Positions 50,438 to 64,000 of a stretch of DNA of 64,000 nt are shown in pieces (within the stretch, counting starts at the first letter, position 1; every line of letters starts with the position of its first letter). The stretch is from the NCBI GenBank assembly GCA_977017575.1, contig CDRNVI010000203.1, forward strand, positions 1 through 64,000. The letters run 5' to 3'. Below the pieces are notes generated by a model. It did not search any database and was not told the DNA's origin. It worked only from the letters and a program-made list of their open reading frames with translations. Origin of the DNA: Paramoeba atlantica (lineage: Eukaryota > Protista > Discosea). Both the position numbers and the translations under genes were made by a program.

Positions 50438-53400
50438 TAATCACTACCCCTCACCAAAAGGTCGCAATAATATATGTTTTTAGCGTTTAAGATCTGGAGA
50501 CCATTTTCAAAATAGAAAATGTCAATCGCTTTTTTCTTACGCAAGTACGTCAAAAAAATCGTTTTTCTCCATGAGCTAAAACGAGTTAGTTCGATCGGGT
50601 GTTTTTTGATGCTTTTTTTGGATCGCAGCTTCAACAAAAAAAAATTTCCACTGCTGTTTTCCAACAAAGAAAATTATAAAAAAATAATTTTGTTGTTGTC
50701 AAATACGATCTTTTAAAATATAAAATTTTTTTTATCGTTATAAATTTTATTCCAACATAAATTTGTTGGAAAAGTAACAGTAAAAAGTTGTTAATGAAAA
50801 AAAATAAATTCATTAACAACAACGTTGATGAAAAATAACAATCAACGCTGTTAAATTTCCAACAAAATAATGTCAGAAAAAAATTTCTGCCGAAATAATT
50901 TAGCTGATTAAATTTTTATCACGACAAAAATATTTTTTTGTTGATCAATTAAATCGTTATTAACAAAAAAGTTATAACGCTGTTAATTTTCCAACATAAA
51001 AATTTTTTATCTCTCAAAAAATATTTTTTGATGTTCAAAGTTATCGTTTGATAACAAAAAAGTTATAACGCTGTAACTTTTCCAACAAAAAAAATTTTTT
51101 TTCGTGTTAAAAATTATTTTTGATCAATAAAAATTATTTTCGATGTTCAAATTCATCGTTTGATAACAAAAAAGTTATAACGCTGTTAATTTTCCATCAA
51201 AAATTATTTTTTTTGCTTCAAAAATTTTTTTTAACATAAAAATTTATAATGATGATTACAAAATAAGTGTTGCAACTCAAAAAAGTTGTTTAACACTGTT
51301 AATTTTCCATCAACATCATAATTTTTATTTAAAAATTTTAATCAAAATCAATTTTATAAACATTTTTTGTAAAAAAATTAAAATTTTTACTGGAAAATTA
51401 CGGTGAGATGCATAAAAATTAGATTTAAACATAAATTTATGCAAACTACCGTTTAATTTCCAACAAAATTTAAATTTTTTTCATTCAAAAATAGATTTTT
51501 TTAATTTTTCGCCGACAAAATTGAAAAAAAATTGAATTTTCATTCAAAAAGTTGTAAAATTGAGTCTCAGGATGAAAAAGTGGAAAAAGACCACATTTTA
51601 TCAATTCGACGCTAAATTAGCAAAAAATTTCAATTTCTACACCTAAATGACTGTAGAAATTGGTGTTTTCCTACAATTTTGTGGAAACTCCTGACAAACA
51701 CTGCTAAATTTCCAACAAAAAGTCAATTTGCAGGTGCTGCCCGTGGATTTTCCAACAAAATACTAGCAAAACTACTCAAAATGCTATTTTTCCGGCAGAA
51801 AACCGTCAAAATCTGCTTTTTCTGGGCAGGAATGACAAAAACGGCCCAAAAAAGGCCCTGTCATTTTGCCCAAAAACGCAGTATTTTTTCCTGTTCTGGC
51901 CTGCAAATTAGCGGATGTCCAAGTGCCCCAAAAAAAGTGACTTGGACTCCGAGCCGACTCGAAAAGTCGTATTTTCCGGCAGAAACGAAAAAATATGCCA
52001 CATTTTGTCCGACGATTATTTACAACTTTTTCTCGCATCCCATCATAGCGATTTTGCGGATCTGCAAGTTGGGAGGGAACCAACTGCATTTTTTGGCCGT
52101 TTTGAACCCGTTTTGTAAAAAATCGCATATATAAACTCCATAATTTCCCCTCAGAAATCTGCCACTTTTGGACGCCAAAAAGTGTTTTGCAGAATCTCGA
52201 GGGCAAAATAGGAGTTTTTTGACCCGATTTTGTGAACAAAACTGGCATCAAAAACTATTCCAAATGCTCCAATCCGAATTTCAGCTATTGAACACTAAAA
52301 ATGCTGAAAATCGCTATTTCGCACTGGAATTCCGCCAAAACTCCTTTTCAATGCGTATTTTGGGCGAGAAAATCGTGAATTTTATAATTTTTAAACTTTT
52401 TTTTGTATAATTTATCATTTTTAGCGCGGATTTGTATAATTTCTCGCATAATTTATTAGTTTTATAGCGTTGTAGTTAAAATTTTCATAATTTTATCATC
52501 AAAGTCATCATTTTTCTATAATTTCAAACAAAATTATTAAAAAAAATGTTGTCTCAGACGAAAAAATTGCATGAAAGTTGTTAAACAACACTAAAACTAA
52601 AAAAATATCCCGCAGAAATTAAAAAACCGTGATAAAAATTTATAAATTCAAAAGAAAAATTTAAAAATCTTAAAAATTTATGATGAAATCATCTTCTTTG
52701 TACCAAAATCAGATGTAAACATCAAAAAATTTTTTTAAAATCACTAGTTGAAACCATCGTCTATGGTTTCTTTTGTTAATGATCAATGTTTTCATTTCAT
52801 TCATAACATTTTCACGTTAACTTCGTTCAACTAACTTGAATTTTATTAAAATTATGATTCATAAAATAATTTTTTCATTGCTAAAAATAAAACCGCAATG
52901 GAAATTATTATGAAACAAGTTTTAATAATTCAAACTTAAGTTTGAACTCGAGTTATAAAATTTTAATAACATTAATATATACTTTTAAATAACTTCTATA
53001 ATTAATTCAAAAGAGAATTTATAATTAAGAACTTATAAAACTATATTTAATGATTTAAAACTTAATAACTTGTTGTAATGTTTTCAATATAATAATATAT
53101 TTACGATATATTATCTTCTTTGTTCCAAAATCAGATGTTGATTATCGTACATTCTTATTACATGAAAACATAACAACATAAAGAATACAATAGGCACTCC
53201 TTACATTTAAATGCCCTTAATATAATTTATCGATATATTTAATTACACAAATAATTTAAAATATAATTTATAAAATATTAATAAAGTTCATGTAAAATGT
53301 AAGAAGTTACCCTAGTTTTCCTGGTATTGTGAGTATGTTTTCATGTAATAAACATGTACGATAATCAACATCTGATTTTGACTCAAAGCAGAGTAATCAT

Positions 53401-55045
53401 CGTTAAATATCGTTACAAAGTTATTACAAATAAAACATAAATCACTAATAACAGGAAAATATTAAATACAAAAATATTTAATAAACTTCGATGCAAAAAA
53501 GCATCTTGACAATCTCTGTGTTTTTGTTAAAAAAAATAGCGTAAAACTACAAAACCATATATATAAAATGAAAAGTGTATAAAAAAGAAAAGCATACACT
53601 TTGATACATTCAATCGAAAAATATCTCAATCATGTATCATTAATTTTAGTATATATGGTAGGAGTTTTACCTTTACAGTGCTATTAGTCATGTTTTCATG
53701 TAATAAGAATGTACGATAATCAACATCTGATTTGCACTCAAAGTAGAGTAATCATCGTTAAATATCAGTACAAAGTCATTACAAGAAAACTAAAGATTAA
53801 AGCACTGTAAAATTGCACTAAGATTTCCTTCAGAAATTCAAGTGCAAATATCCGCCCAACTTATAAAATATAAGTGGCGTCTATATATATTTTTTTATCG
53901 AAAAAAACGATAAATAAATAAAGATCATGATAAGATTTCTACGAAATTCAATCATGAAGCATACACTATAGTGTATGCAAATTATTACAAAAATAATAAT
54001 TTTAAAATTTTTTCTTCGAAATTCAAAGAAGAATTTATTCGAAAAAAATATAAATTTTAATGTTTTCGTGTTTAACTACAACTTAAATTTATATATATTT
54101 CGTTAAATTAAGAGAATAATTAAACGAAACTGTTACTCGGCAAAAATAAGGGAATTTTTGAGTAACAGACCGTTCAAATTGAAAACAAAAAAACAATTTG
54201 CACGGCAATTCTTGGGGTTTTTACGCCTCACGGCTTCGTGATTGGACTAAAGAGCAGGAGCGAGAGCAAGAAAGTTTGCAGGGGTAGTTGAGTTAGCTAT
54301 TCCCGGTGGAAGCTAACCTCGATTCTTTAGTCTTTAGTTGTGGTAATTTGGGATAGTGAAGTAAAATTTTTAAAGTTCACTATCGACAATTACTATTCTC
54401 TTTCATCTTTTGGCGTGCATTGCTAATTGATCCCAATAGACAATCACATTCAGAAATGATCGTTGCTATCCCTATATGTATGTAAAATATCATACATAAG
54501 AATCAATAAGATCTATTTCGTCTCCTCTTTCATCCTTTTAACATAGCAAGACTAATCTATATTATATAATTATTATTCAACTTTTTTAATTATATTTTAT
54601 CTGCTTGAACACCATAGTTCGATAAAAAATAAATAAAAAGATGAATAAATAACTAAAAAATAAAGATAGACAAGAACAAGAATAGTTTAGTTTAATTCCG
54701 TGTTAAATCCTCAATCCTTAAGTCGGATTTGTCACTCCATATACGATCAAACTTTATTTACTTAAATTTTTACAAAGATAGTAAAATTAAAAGTATAAAG
54801 ATGATCTAGCTCACCAGTTTTATTTAAATTAAAATCTTACACAATGATTTTATATTTATAAACTACTCGCTTCCATCGACCCTCGACTTTGTTGAAGTTT
54901 AAGTTTTTGAGTTTACGATATTAAAGAGAAAAAAAATATTATTGCGCTCTATTGGTGGGGCTTTCGTTAAATTATTAAAAGCTCAACGTCATTGTTCGCG
55001 TTTTACGTTACACTCCACAAGCTAAACAAGTGCGTTCTGCCTTAA
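50438..55045. repeat. Unit 12, B-type start then type A (crossover ~50810-51090)
   Basis: B alleles GGGTGTTT, CCACTG and the 8-A run come first; A alleles and the A cassette zone follow; period 4608. Confidence 0.9.
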
Positions 55046-58000
55046 TAATCACTACCCCTCACCAAAAGGTCGCAATAATATATGTTTTTAGCGTTTAAGA
55101 TCTGGAGACCATTTTCAAAATAGAAAATGTCAATCGCTTTTTTCTTACGCAAGTACGTCAAAAAAATCGTTTTTCTCCATGAGCTAAAACGAGTTAGTTC
55201 GATCGGGCTTTTTTTGATGCTTTTTTTGGATCGCAGCTTCAACAAAAAAAAATTTCCGCTGCTGTTTTCCAACAAAGAAAATTATAAAAAAATAATTTTG
55301 TTGTTGTCAAATACGATCTTTTAAAATATAAAATTTTTTTTATCGTTATAAATTTTATTCCGACATAAATTTGTTGGAAAAGTAACAGTAAAAAGTTGTT
55401 AATGAAAAAAAAATAAATTCATTAACAACAACGTTGATGAAAAATAACAATCAACGCTGTTAAATTTCCAACAAAATAATGTCAGAAAAAAATTTCTGCC
55501 GAAATAATTTAGCTGATTAAATTTTTATCACGACAAAAATATTTTTTTGTTGATCAATTAAATCGTTATTAACAAAAAAGTTATAACGCTGTTAATTTTC
55601 CAACATAAAAATTTTTTATCTCTCAAAAAATATTTTTTGATGTTCAAAGTTATCGTTTGATAACAAAAAAGTTATAACGCTGTAACTTTTCCAACAAAAA
55701 AAATTTTTTTTCGTGTTAAAAATTATTTTTGATCAATAAAAATTATTTTCGATGTTCAAATTCATCGTTTGATAACAAAAAAGTTATAACGCTGTTAATT
55801 TTCCATCAAAAATTATTTTTTTTGCTTCAAAAATTTTTTTTAACATAAAAATTTATAATGATGATTACAAAATAAGTGTTGCAACTCAAAAAAGTTGTTT
55901 AACACTGTTAATTTTCCATCAACATCATAATTTTTATTTAAAAATTTTAATCAAAATCAATTTTATAAACATTTTTTGTAAAAAAATTAAAATTTTTACT
56001 GGAAAATTACGGTGAGATGCATAAAAATTAGATTTAAACATAAATTTATGCAAACTACCGTTTAATTTCCAACAAAATTTAAATTTTTTTCATTCAAAAA
56101 TAGATTTTTTTAATTTTTCGCCGACAAAATTGAAAAAAAATTGAATTTTCATTCAAAAAGTTGTAAAATTGAGTCTCAGGATGAAAAAGTGGAAAAAGAC
56201 CACATTTTATCAATTCGACGCTAAATTAGCAAAAAATTTCAATTTCTACACCTAAATGACTGTAGAAATTGGTGTTTTCCTACAATTTTGTGGAAACTCC
56301 TGACAAACACTGCTAAATTTCCAACAAAAAGTCAATTTGCAGGTGCTGCCCGTGGATTTTCCAACAAAATACTAGCAAAACTACTCAAAATGCTATTTTT
56401 CCGGCAGAAAACCGTCAAAATCTGCTTTTTCTGGGCAGGAATGACAAAAACGGCCCAAAAAAGGCCCTGTCATTTTGCCCAAAAACGCAGTATTTTTTCC
56501 TGTTCTGGCCTGCAAATTAGCGGATGTCCAAGTGCCCCAAAAAAAGTGACTTGGACTCCGAGCCGACTCGAAAAGTCGTATTTTCCGGCAGAAACGAAAA
56601 AATATGCCACATTTTGTCCGACGATTATTTACAACTTTTTCTCGCATCCCATCATAGCGATTTTGCGGATCTGCAAGTTGGGAGGGAACCAACTGCATTT
56701 TTTGGCCGTTTTGAACCCGTTTTGTAAAAAATCGCATATATAAACTCCATAATTTCCCCTCAGAAATCTGCCACTTTTGGACGCCAAAAAGTGTTTTGCA
56801 GAATCTCGAGGGCAAAATAGGAGTTTTTTGACCCGATTTTGTGAACAAAACTGGCATCAAAAACTATTCCAAATGCTCCAATCCGAATTTCAGCTATTGA
56901 ACACTAAAAATGCTGAAAATCGCTATTTCGCACTGGAATTCCGCCAAAACTCCTTTTCAATGCGTATTTTGGGCGAGAAAATCGTGAATTTTATAATTTT
57001 TAAACTTTTTTTTGTATAATTTATCATTTTTAGCGCGGATTTGTATAATTTCTCGCATAATTTATTAGTTTTATAGCGTTGTAGTTAAAATTTTCATAAT
57101 TTTATCATCAAAGTCATCATTTTTCTATAATTTCAAACAAAATTATTAAAAAAAATGTTGTCTCAGACGAAAAAATTGCATGAAAGTTGTTAAACAACAC
57201 TAAAACTAAAAAAATATCCCGCAGAAATTAAAAAACCGTGATAAAAATTTATAAATTCAAAAGAAAAATTTAAAAATCTTAAAAATTTATGATGAAATCA
57301 TCTTCTTTGTACCAAAATCAGATGTAAACATCAAAAAATTTTTTTAAAATCACTAGTTGAAACCATCGTCTATGGTTTCTTTTGTTAATGATCAATGTTT
57401 TCATTTCATTCATAACATTTTCACGTTAACTTCGTTCAACTAACTTGAATTTTATTAAAATTATGATTCATAAAATAATTTTTTCATTGCTAAAAATAAA
57501 ACCGCAATGGAAATTATTATGAAACAAGTTTTAATAATTCAAACTTAAGTTTGAACTCGAGTTATAAAATTTTAATAACATTAATATATACTTTTAAATA
57601 ACTTCTATAATTAATTCAAAAGAGAATTTATAATTAAGAACTTATAAAACTATATTTAATGATTTAAAACTTAATAACTTGTTGTAATGTTTTCAATATA
57701 ATAATATATTTACGATATATTATCTTCTTTGTTCCAAAATCAGATGTTGATTATCGTACATTCTTATTACATGAAAACATAACAACATAAAGAATACAAT
57801 AGGCACTCCTTACATTTAAATGCCCTTAATATAATTTATCGATATATTTAATTACACAAATAATTTAAAATATAATTTATAAAATATTAATAAAGTTCAT
57901 GTAAAATGTAAGAAGTTACCCTAGTTTTCCTGGTATTGTGAGTATGTTTTCATGTAATAAACATGTACGATAATCAACATCTGATTTTGACTCAAAGCAG

Positions 58001-59653
58001 AGTAATCATCGTTAAATATCGTTACAAAGTTATTACAAATAAAACATAAATCACTAATAACAGGAAAATATTAAATACAAAAATATTTAATAAACTTCGA
58101 TGCAAAAAAGCATCTTGACAATCTCTGTGTTTTTGTTAAAAAAAATAGCGTAAAACTACAAAACCATATATATAAAATGAAAAGTGTATAAAAAAGAAAA
58201 GCATACACTTTGATACATTCAATCGAAAAATATCTCAATCATGTATCATTAATTTTAGTATATATGGTAGGAGTTTTACCTTTACAGTGGATAATCAACA
58301 TCTGATTTTGACTCAAAGTAGAGTAATCATCGTTAAATATCGTATAAAGTTTATTAATAATAAAACCACAAAGGAATCCAAGGAATAATTATGCTAAGAT
58401 TTATACTAAATTCAAGCATAAGATTGCACTAAGATTTCCTTCAGAAATTCAAGTGCAAATATCCGCTCAACTTATAAAATATAAGTGGCGTCTATATATT
58501 TATTTATCGAAAAAAACGATAAATAAATAAAGATCATGATAAGATTTCTACGAAATTCAATCATGAAGCATACACTATAGTGTATGCAAATTATTACAAA
58601 AATAATAATTTTAAAATTTTTTCTTCGAAATTCAAAGAAGAATTTATTCGAAAAAAATATAAATTTTAATGTTTTCGTGTTTAACTACAACTTAAATTTA
58701 TATATATTTCGTTAAATTAAGAGAATAATTAAACGAAACTGTTACTCGGCAAAAATAAGGGAATTTTTGAGTAACAGACCGTTCAAATTGAAAACAAAAA
58801 AACAATTTGCACGGCAATTCTTGGGGTTTTTACGCCTCACGGCTTCGTGATTGGACTAAAGAGCAGGAGCGAGAGCAAGAAAGTTTGCAGGGGTAGTTGA
58901 GTTAGCTATTCCCGGTGGTAGCTAACCTCGATTCCTTAGTCTTTAGTTGTGGTAATTTGGGATAGCGAAGTAAAATTTTTAAAGTTCGCTATCGACAATT
59001 ACTATTCTCTTTCATCTTTTGGCGTGCATTGCTAATTGATCCCAATAGACAATCACATTCAGAAACGATCGTAGCTTTACCTATATGTATGTAAAATATC
59101 ATACATAAGAATCAATAAGATCTGTTTCGTCTCCTCTTTTTTCTTTTAAAATAGCAGGACTAATCTATATTATATAATTATTATTCAACTTTTTTAATTA
59201 TATTTTATCTGCTTGAACACCATAGTTCGATAAAAAATAAATAAAAAGATGAATAAATAACTAAAAAATAAAGATAGACAAGAACAAGAATAGTTTAGTT
59301 TAATTCCGTGTTAAATCCTCAATCCTTAAGTCGGATTTGTCACTCCATATACGATCAAACTTTATTTACTTAAATTTTTACAAAGATAGTAAAATTAAAA
59401 GTATAAAGATGATCTAGCTCACCAGTTTTATTTAAATTAAAATCTTACACAATGATTTTATATTTATAAACTACTCGCTTCCATCGACCCTCGACTTTGT
59501 TGAAGTTTAAGTTTTTGAGTTTACGATATTAAAGAGAAAAAAAATATTATTGCGCTCTATTGGTGGGGCTTTCGTTAGATTATTAAAAGCTCAACGTCAT
59601 TGTTCGCGTTTTACGTTACACTCCACAAGCTAAACAAGTGCGTTCTGCCTTAA
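55046..59653. repeat. Unit 13, mosaic A / B-like / C with a 34-nt deletion at 58289/58290
   Basis: A sequence runs to TTTACAGTG (58289) and joins directly to GATAATC. It is followed by the B3 3' arm, a unique allele at 58497-58509, and C alleles from ~58920. Confidence 0.88.
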
Positions 59654-62600
59654 TAATCACTACCCCTCACCAAAAGGTCGCAATAATATATGTTTTTAGC
59701 GTTTAAGATCTGGAGACCATTTTCAAAATAGAAAATGTCAATCGCTTTTTTCTTACGCAAGTACGTCAAAAAAATCGTTTTTCTCCATGAGCTAAAACGA
59801 GTTAGTTCGATCGGGCTTTTTTTGATGCTTTTTTTGGATCGCAGCTTCAACAAAAAAAAATTTCTGCTGCTGTTTTCCAACAAAGAAAATTATAAAAAAA
59901 TAATTTTGTTGTTGTCAAATACGATCTTTTAAAATATAAAATTTTTTTTATCGTTATAAATTTTATTCCAACATAAATTTGTTGGAAAAGTAACAGTAAA
60001 AAGTTGTTAATGAAAAAAAATAAATTCATTAACAACAACGTTGATGAAAAATATCAATCAACGCTGTTAAATTTCCAACAAAATAATGTCAGAAAAAAAT
60101 TTCTGCCGAAATAATTTAGCTGATTAAATTTTTATCACGACAAAAATATTTTTTTGTGGATCAATTAAATCGTTATTAACAAAAAAGTTATAACGCTGTT
60201 AATTTTCCAACCTAAAAATTTTTTATCTCTCAAAAAATATTTTTTGATGTTCAAAGTTATCGTTTGATAACAAAAAAGTTATAACGCTGTAACTTTTCCA
60301 ACAAAAAAAATTTTTTTTCGTGTTAAAAATTATTTTTGATCAATAAAAATTATTTTCGATGTTCAAATTCATCGTTTGATAACAAAAAAGTTATAACGCT
60401 GTTAATTTTCCATCAAAAATTATTTTTTTTTGCTTCAAAAATTTTTTTTAACATAAAAATTTATAATGATGATTACAAAATAAGTGTTGCAACTCAAAAA
60501 AGTTGTTTAACACTGTTAATTTTCCATCAACATCATAATTTTTATTTAAAAATTTTAATCAAGATCAATTTTATAAACATTTTTTGTAAAAAAATTAAAA
60601 TTTTTACTGGAAAATTACGGTGAGATGCATAAAAATTAGATTTAAACATAAATTTATGCAAACTACCGTTTAATTTCCAACAAAATTTAAATTTTTTTCA
60701 TTCAAAAATAGATTTTTTTAATTTTTCGCCGACAAAATTGAAAAAAAATTGAATTTTCATTCAAAAAGTTGTAAAATTGAGTCTCAGGATGAAAAAGTGG
60801 AAAAAGACCACATTTTATCAATTCGACGCTAAATTAGCAAAAAATTTCAATTTCTACACCTAAATGACTGTAGAAATTGGTGTTTTCCTACAATTTTGTG
60901 GAAATCCCTGACAAACACTGCTAAATTTCCAACAAAAAGTCAATTTGCAGGTGCTGCCCGTGGATTTTCCAACAAAATACTAGCAAAACTACTCAAAATG
61001 CTATTTTTCCGGCAGAAAACCGTCAAAATCTGCTTTTTCTGGGCAGGAATGACAAAAACGGCCCAAAAAAGGCCCTGTCATTTTGCCCAAAAACGCAGTA
61101 TTTTTTCCTGTTCTGGCCTGCAAATTAGCGGATGTCCAAAGCCCCCAAAAAAAGTGACTTGGACTCCGAGCCGACTCGAAAAGTCGTATTTTCCGGCAGA
61201 AACGAAAAAATATGCCACATTTTGTCCGACGATTATTTACAACTTTTTCTCGCATCCCATCATGGCGATTTTGCGGATCTGCAGGTTGGGAGGGAGCCAA
61301 CTGCATTTTTTGGCCGTTTTGAACCCGTTTTGTAAAAAATCGCATATATAAACTCCATAATTTCCCCTCAGAAATCTGCCACTTTTGGAGGCCAAAAAGT
61401 GTTTTGCAGAATCTCGAGGGCAAAATAGGAGTTTTTTGACCCGATTTTGTGAACAAAACTGGCATCAAAAACTATTCCAAATGCTCCAATCCGAATTTCA
61501 GCTATTGAACACTAAAAATGCTGAAAATCGCTATTTCGCACTGGAATTCCGCCAAAACTCCTTTTCAATGCGTATTTTGGGCGAGAAAACCGTCGATTTT
61601 ATAATTTTTAAACTTTTTTTTGTATAATTTATCATTTTTAGCGCGGATTTCTATAATTTCTCGCATAATTTATTAGTTTTATAGCGTTGTAGTTAAAATT
61701 TTCATAATTTTATCATCAAAGTCATCATTTTTCTATAATTTCAAACAAAATTATTAAAAAAAATGTTGTCTCAGACGAAAAAATTGCATGAAAGTTGTTA
61801 AACAACACTAAAACTAAAAAAATATCCCGCAGAAATTAAAAAACCGTGATAAAAATTTATAAATTCAAAAGAAAAATTTAAAAATCTTAAAAATTTATGA
61901 TGAAATCATCTTCTTTGTACCAAAATCAGATGTAAACATCAAAAAATTTTTTTAAAATCACTAGCTGAAACCATCGTCTATGGTTTCTTTTGTTAATGAT
62001 CAATGTTTTCATTTCATTCATAACATTTTCACGTTAACTTCGTTCAACTAACTTGAATTTTATTAAAATTATGATTCATAAAATAATTTTTTCATTGCTA
62101 AAAATAGAATCGCAATGGAAATTATTATGAAACAAGTTTTAATAATTCAAACTTAAGTTTGAACTCGAGTTATAAAATTTTAATAACATTAATATATACT
62201 TTTAAATAACTTCTATAATTAATTCAAAAGAGAATTTATAATTATGAACTTATAAAACTATATTTAATGATTTAAAAATTTAATAACTTGTTCTAATGTT
62301 TTCAATGTAATACGATATTTACGATATATGATCTTCTTTGTTCCAAAATCAGATGTTGATTATCGTACATTCTTATTACATGAAAACAAAGAACAGCTAC
62401 GGATAAGAACTGAAATGCCTTCCATATACCGAGATACTTTAAATTGATTATAGATAAATTTTCTAAAATATTTAATTACAAAAATAATTTAAAATATTAT
62501 TTACAAAACTTATAAATATAATCAATAAAAGTATACGTTATAAAGGAGCGCATAGTTCCTATCACTTTTAAATACGCTATTTTCCTTGATAAAAAAAATC

Positions 62601-64000
62601 ACTGGAAAATTAGCAGTCTTTAAAGAACTTCGATACAAAAAAGTATCTTGACAATCTCTGTTGTTTTTGTTACAAAAAAATAGTAAATAACTTCAAACAT
62701 ATATACAAAATTAAACGTGTATAAAAAAAGAAAAACATACACTTTGATACATTCAATCAAAAAAGATCTCAATCATGTATCATTAACTTTAGCATATATG
62801 TAAGAAGTTCCTTGGTGATTAATTCTTTTACGGTTTTCATGTAATAAACATGTACGATAATCAACATCTGATTTTAACTCAAAGCAGAGTAATCATCGTT
62901 AAATATCGTACAAAAGTTATTACAAAGAAAACTGCTAAGAATTATCATCAGGAAATTGCACTAAGATTTCCTTCAGAAATTCAAGTACAAATATCCGCTT
63001 AACTTATAAAAAGATATAAGTAGCTTCTATATATATTTTTTTATCGAAAAAACGATAAATAAATAAAGATCATGATAAGATTTCTACGAAATTCAATCAT
63101 GAAGCATACACTATAGTGTATGCAAATTATTACAAAAATAATAATTTTAAAATTTTTTTCTTCGTAATTCAAAGAAGAATTTACTTGAAAAAAAATATAA
63201 ATTTTAATGTTTTCGTGTTTAACTACAACTTAAATTTATATATATTTCGTTAAATTAAGAGAATAATTAAACGAAACTGTTACTCGGCAAAAATAAGGGA
63301 ATTTTTGAGTAACAGACCGTTCAAATTGAAAACAAAAAAACAATTTGCACGGCAATTCTTGGGGTTTTTACGCCTCACGGCTTCGTGATCGGACTAAAGA
63401 GCAGTAGCGAGAGCAAGAAAGTTTGCAGGGGTAGTTGAGTTAGCTATTCCCGGTGGTAGCTAACCTCGATTCCTTAGTCTTTAGTTGTGGTAATTTGGGA
63501 TAGCGAAGTAAAATTTTTAAAGTTCGCTATCGACAATTACTATTCTCTTTCATCTTTTGGCGTGCATTGCTAATTGATCCCAATAGACAATCACATTCAG
63601 AAACGATCGTAGCTTTACCTATATGTATGTAAAATATCATACATAAGAATCAATAAGATCTGTTTCGTCTCCTCTTTTTTCTTTTAAAATAGCAGGACTA
63701 ATCTATATTATATAATTATTATTCAACTTTTTTAATTATATTTTATCTGCTTGAACACCATAGTTCGATAAAAAATAAATAAAAAGATGAATAAATAACT
63801 AAAAAATAAAGATAGACAAGAACAAGAATAGTTTAGTTTAATTCCGTGTTAAATCCTCAATCCTTAAGTCGGATTTGTCACTCCATATACGATCAAACTT
63901 TATTTACTTAAATTTTTACAAAGATAGTAAAATTAAAAGTATAAAGATGATCTAGCTCACCAGTTTTATTTAAATTAAAATCTTACACAATGATTTTATA
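59654..64000. repeat. Unit 14, type C, truncated by window end
   Basis: C cassette zone and C alleles throughout. Confidence 0.95.

Larger units (their letters stand above)
1..64000. repeat. Head-to-tail tandem array (macrosatellite scale) of a ~4.6 kb non-coding unit, 13 full copies plus 1 truncated
   Basis: The same sequence and shadow ORFs recur at 82, 4691, 9346, 13955, 18493, 23102, 27640, 32178, 36717, 41326, 45864, 50519, 55127 and 59735. Periods are 4609, 4655, 4609, 4538, 4609, 4538, 4538, 4539, 4609, 4538, 4655, 4608 and 4608. All copies are in the same orientation and the array runs off both window ends. Confidence 0.99.

Overview
The whole window is one head-to-tail tandem array of a very AT-rich, apparently non-coding unit of about 4.54-4.66 kb. 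There are 13 complete copies plus a 14th cut off by the window end. Taking TAATCACTACCCC as the start, units begin at 1, 4610, 9265, 13874, 18412, 23021, 27559, 32097, 36636, 41245, 45783, 50438, 55046 and 59654. No credible protein gene, rRNA, tRNA, transposase or CRISPR/cas locus is visible; the listed ORFs are shadows of the repeat. The backbone is nearly identical between copies, but a ~0.8-0.95 kb central zone comes in three versions (A 4609 bp, B 4655 bp, C 4538 bp units). Their order is A B A C A C C C A C B A A/B C, with several crossovers. The central zone holds 2-3 long hairpins of ~110-147 nt per unit. Each has a conserved apical scaffold (core GTTTTCATGTAATAA..ATGTACGATAATCAACATCTGATTTTG) and a basal stem of ~15-30 bp whose sequence differs between hairpins while staying complementary between arms. 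One hairpin lies on the - strand and the others on the + strand, diverging from a conserved AT-rich motif. Elsewhere in the unit, differences between A, B and C are repeatedly compensatory or G.U-tolerated, which points to selection on single-stranded (probably RNA) structure. My best reading is an amplified array of structured non-coding RNA units carrying variable-stem hairpins on a constant scaffold (small-RNA or miRNA-precursor-like). The organism and function cannot be determined from this window. All folding was done by eye.
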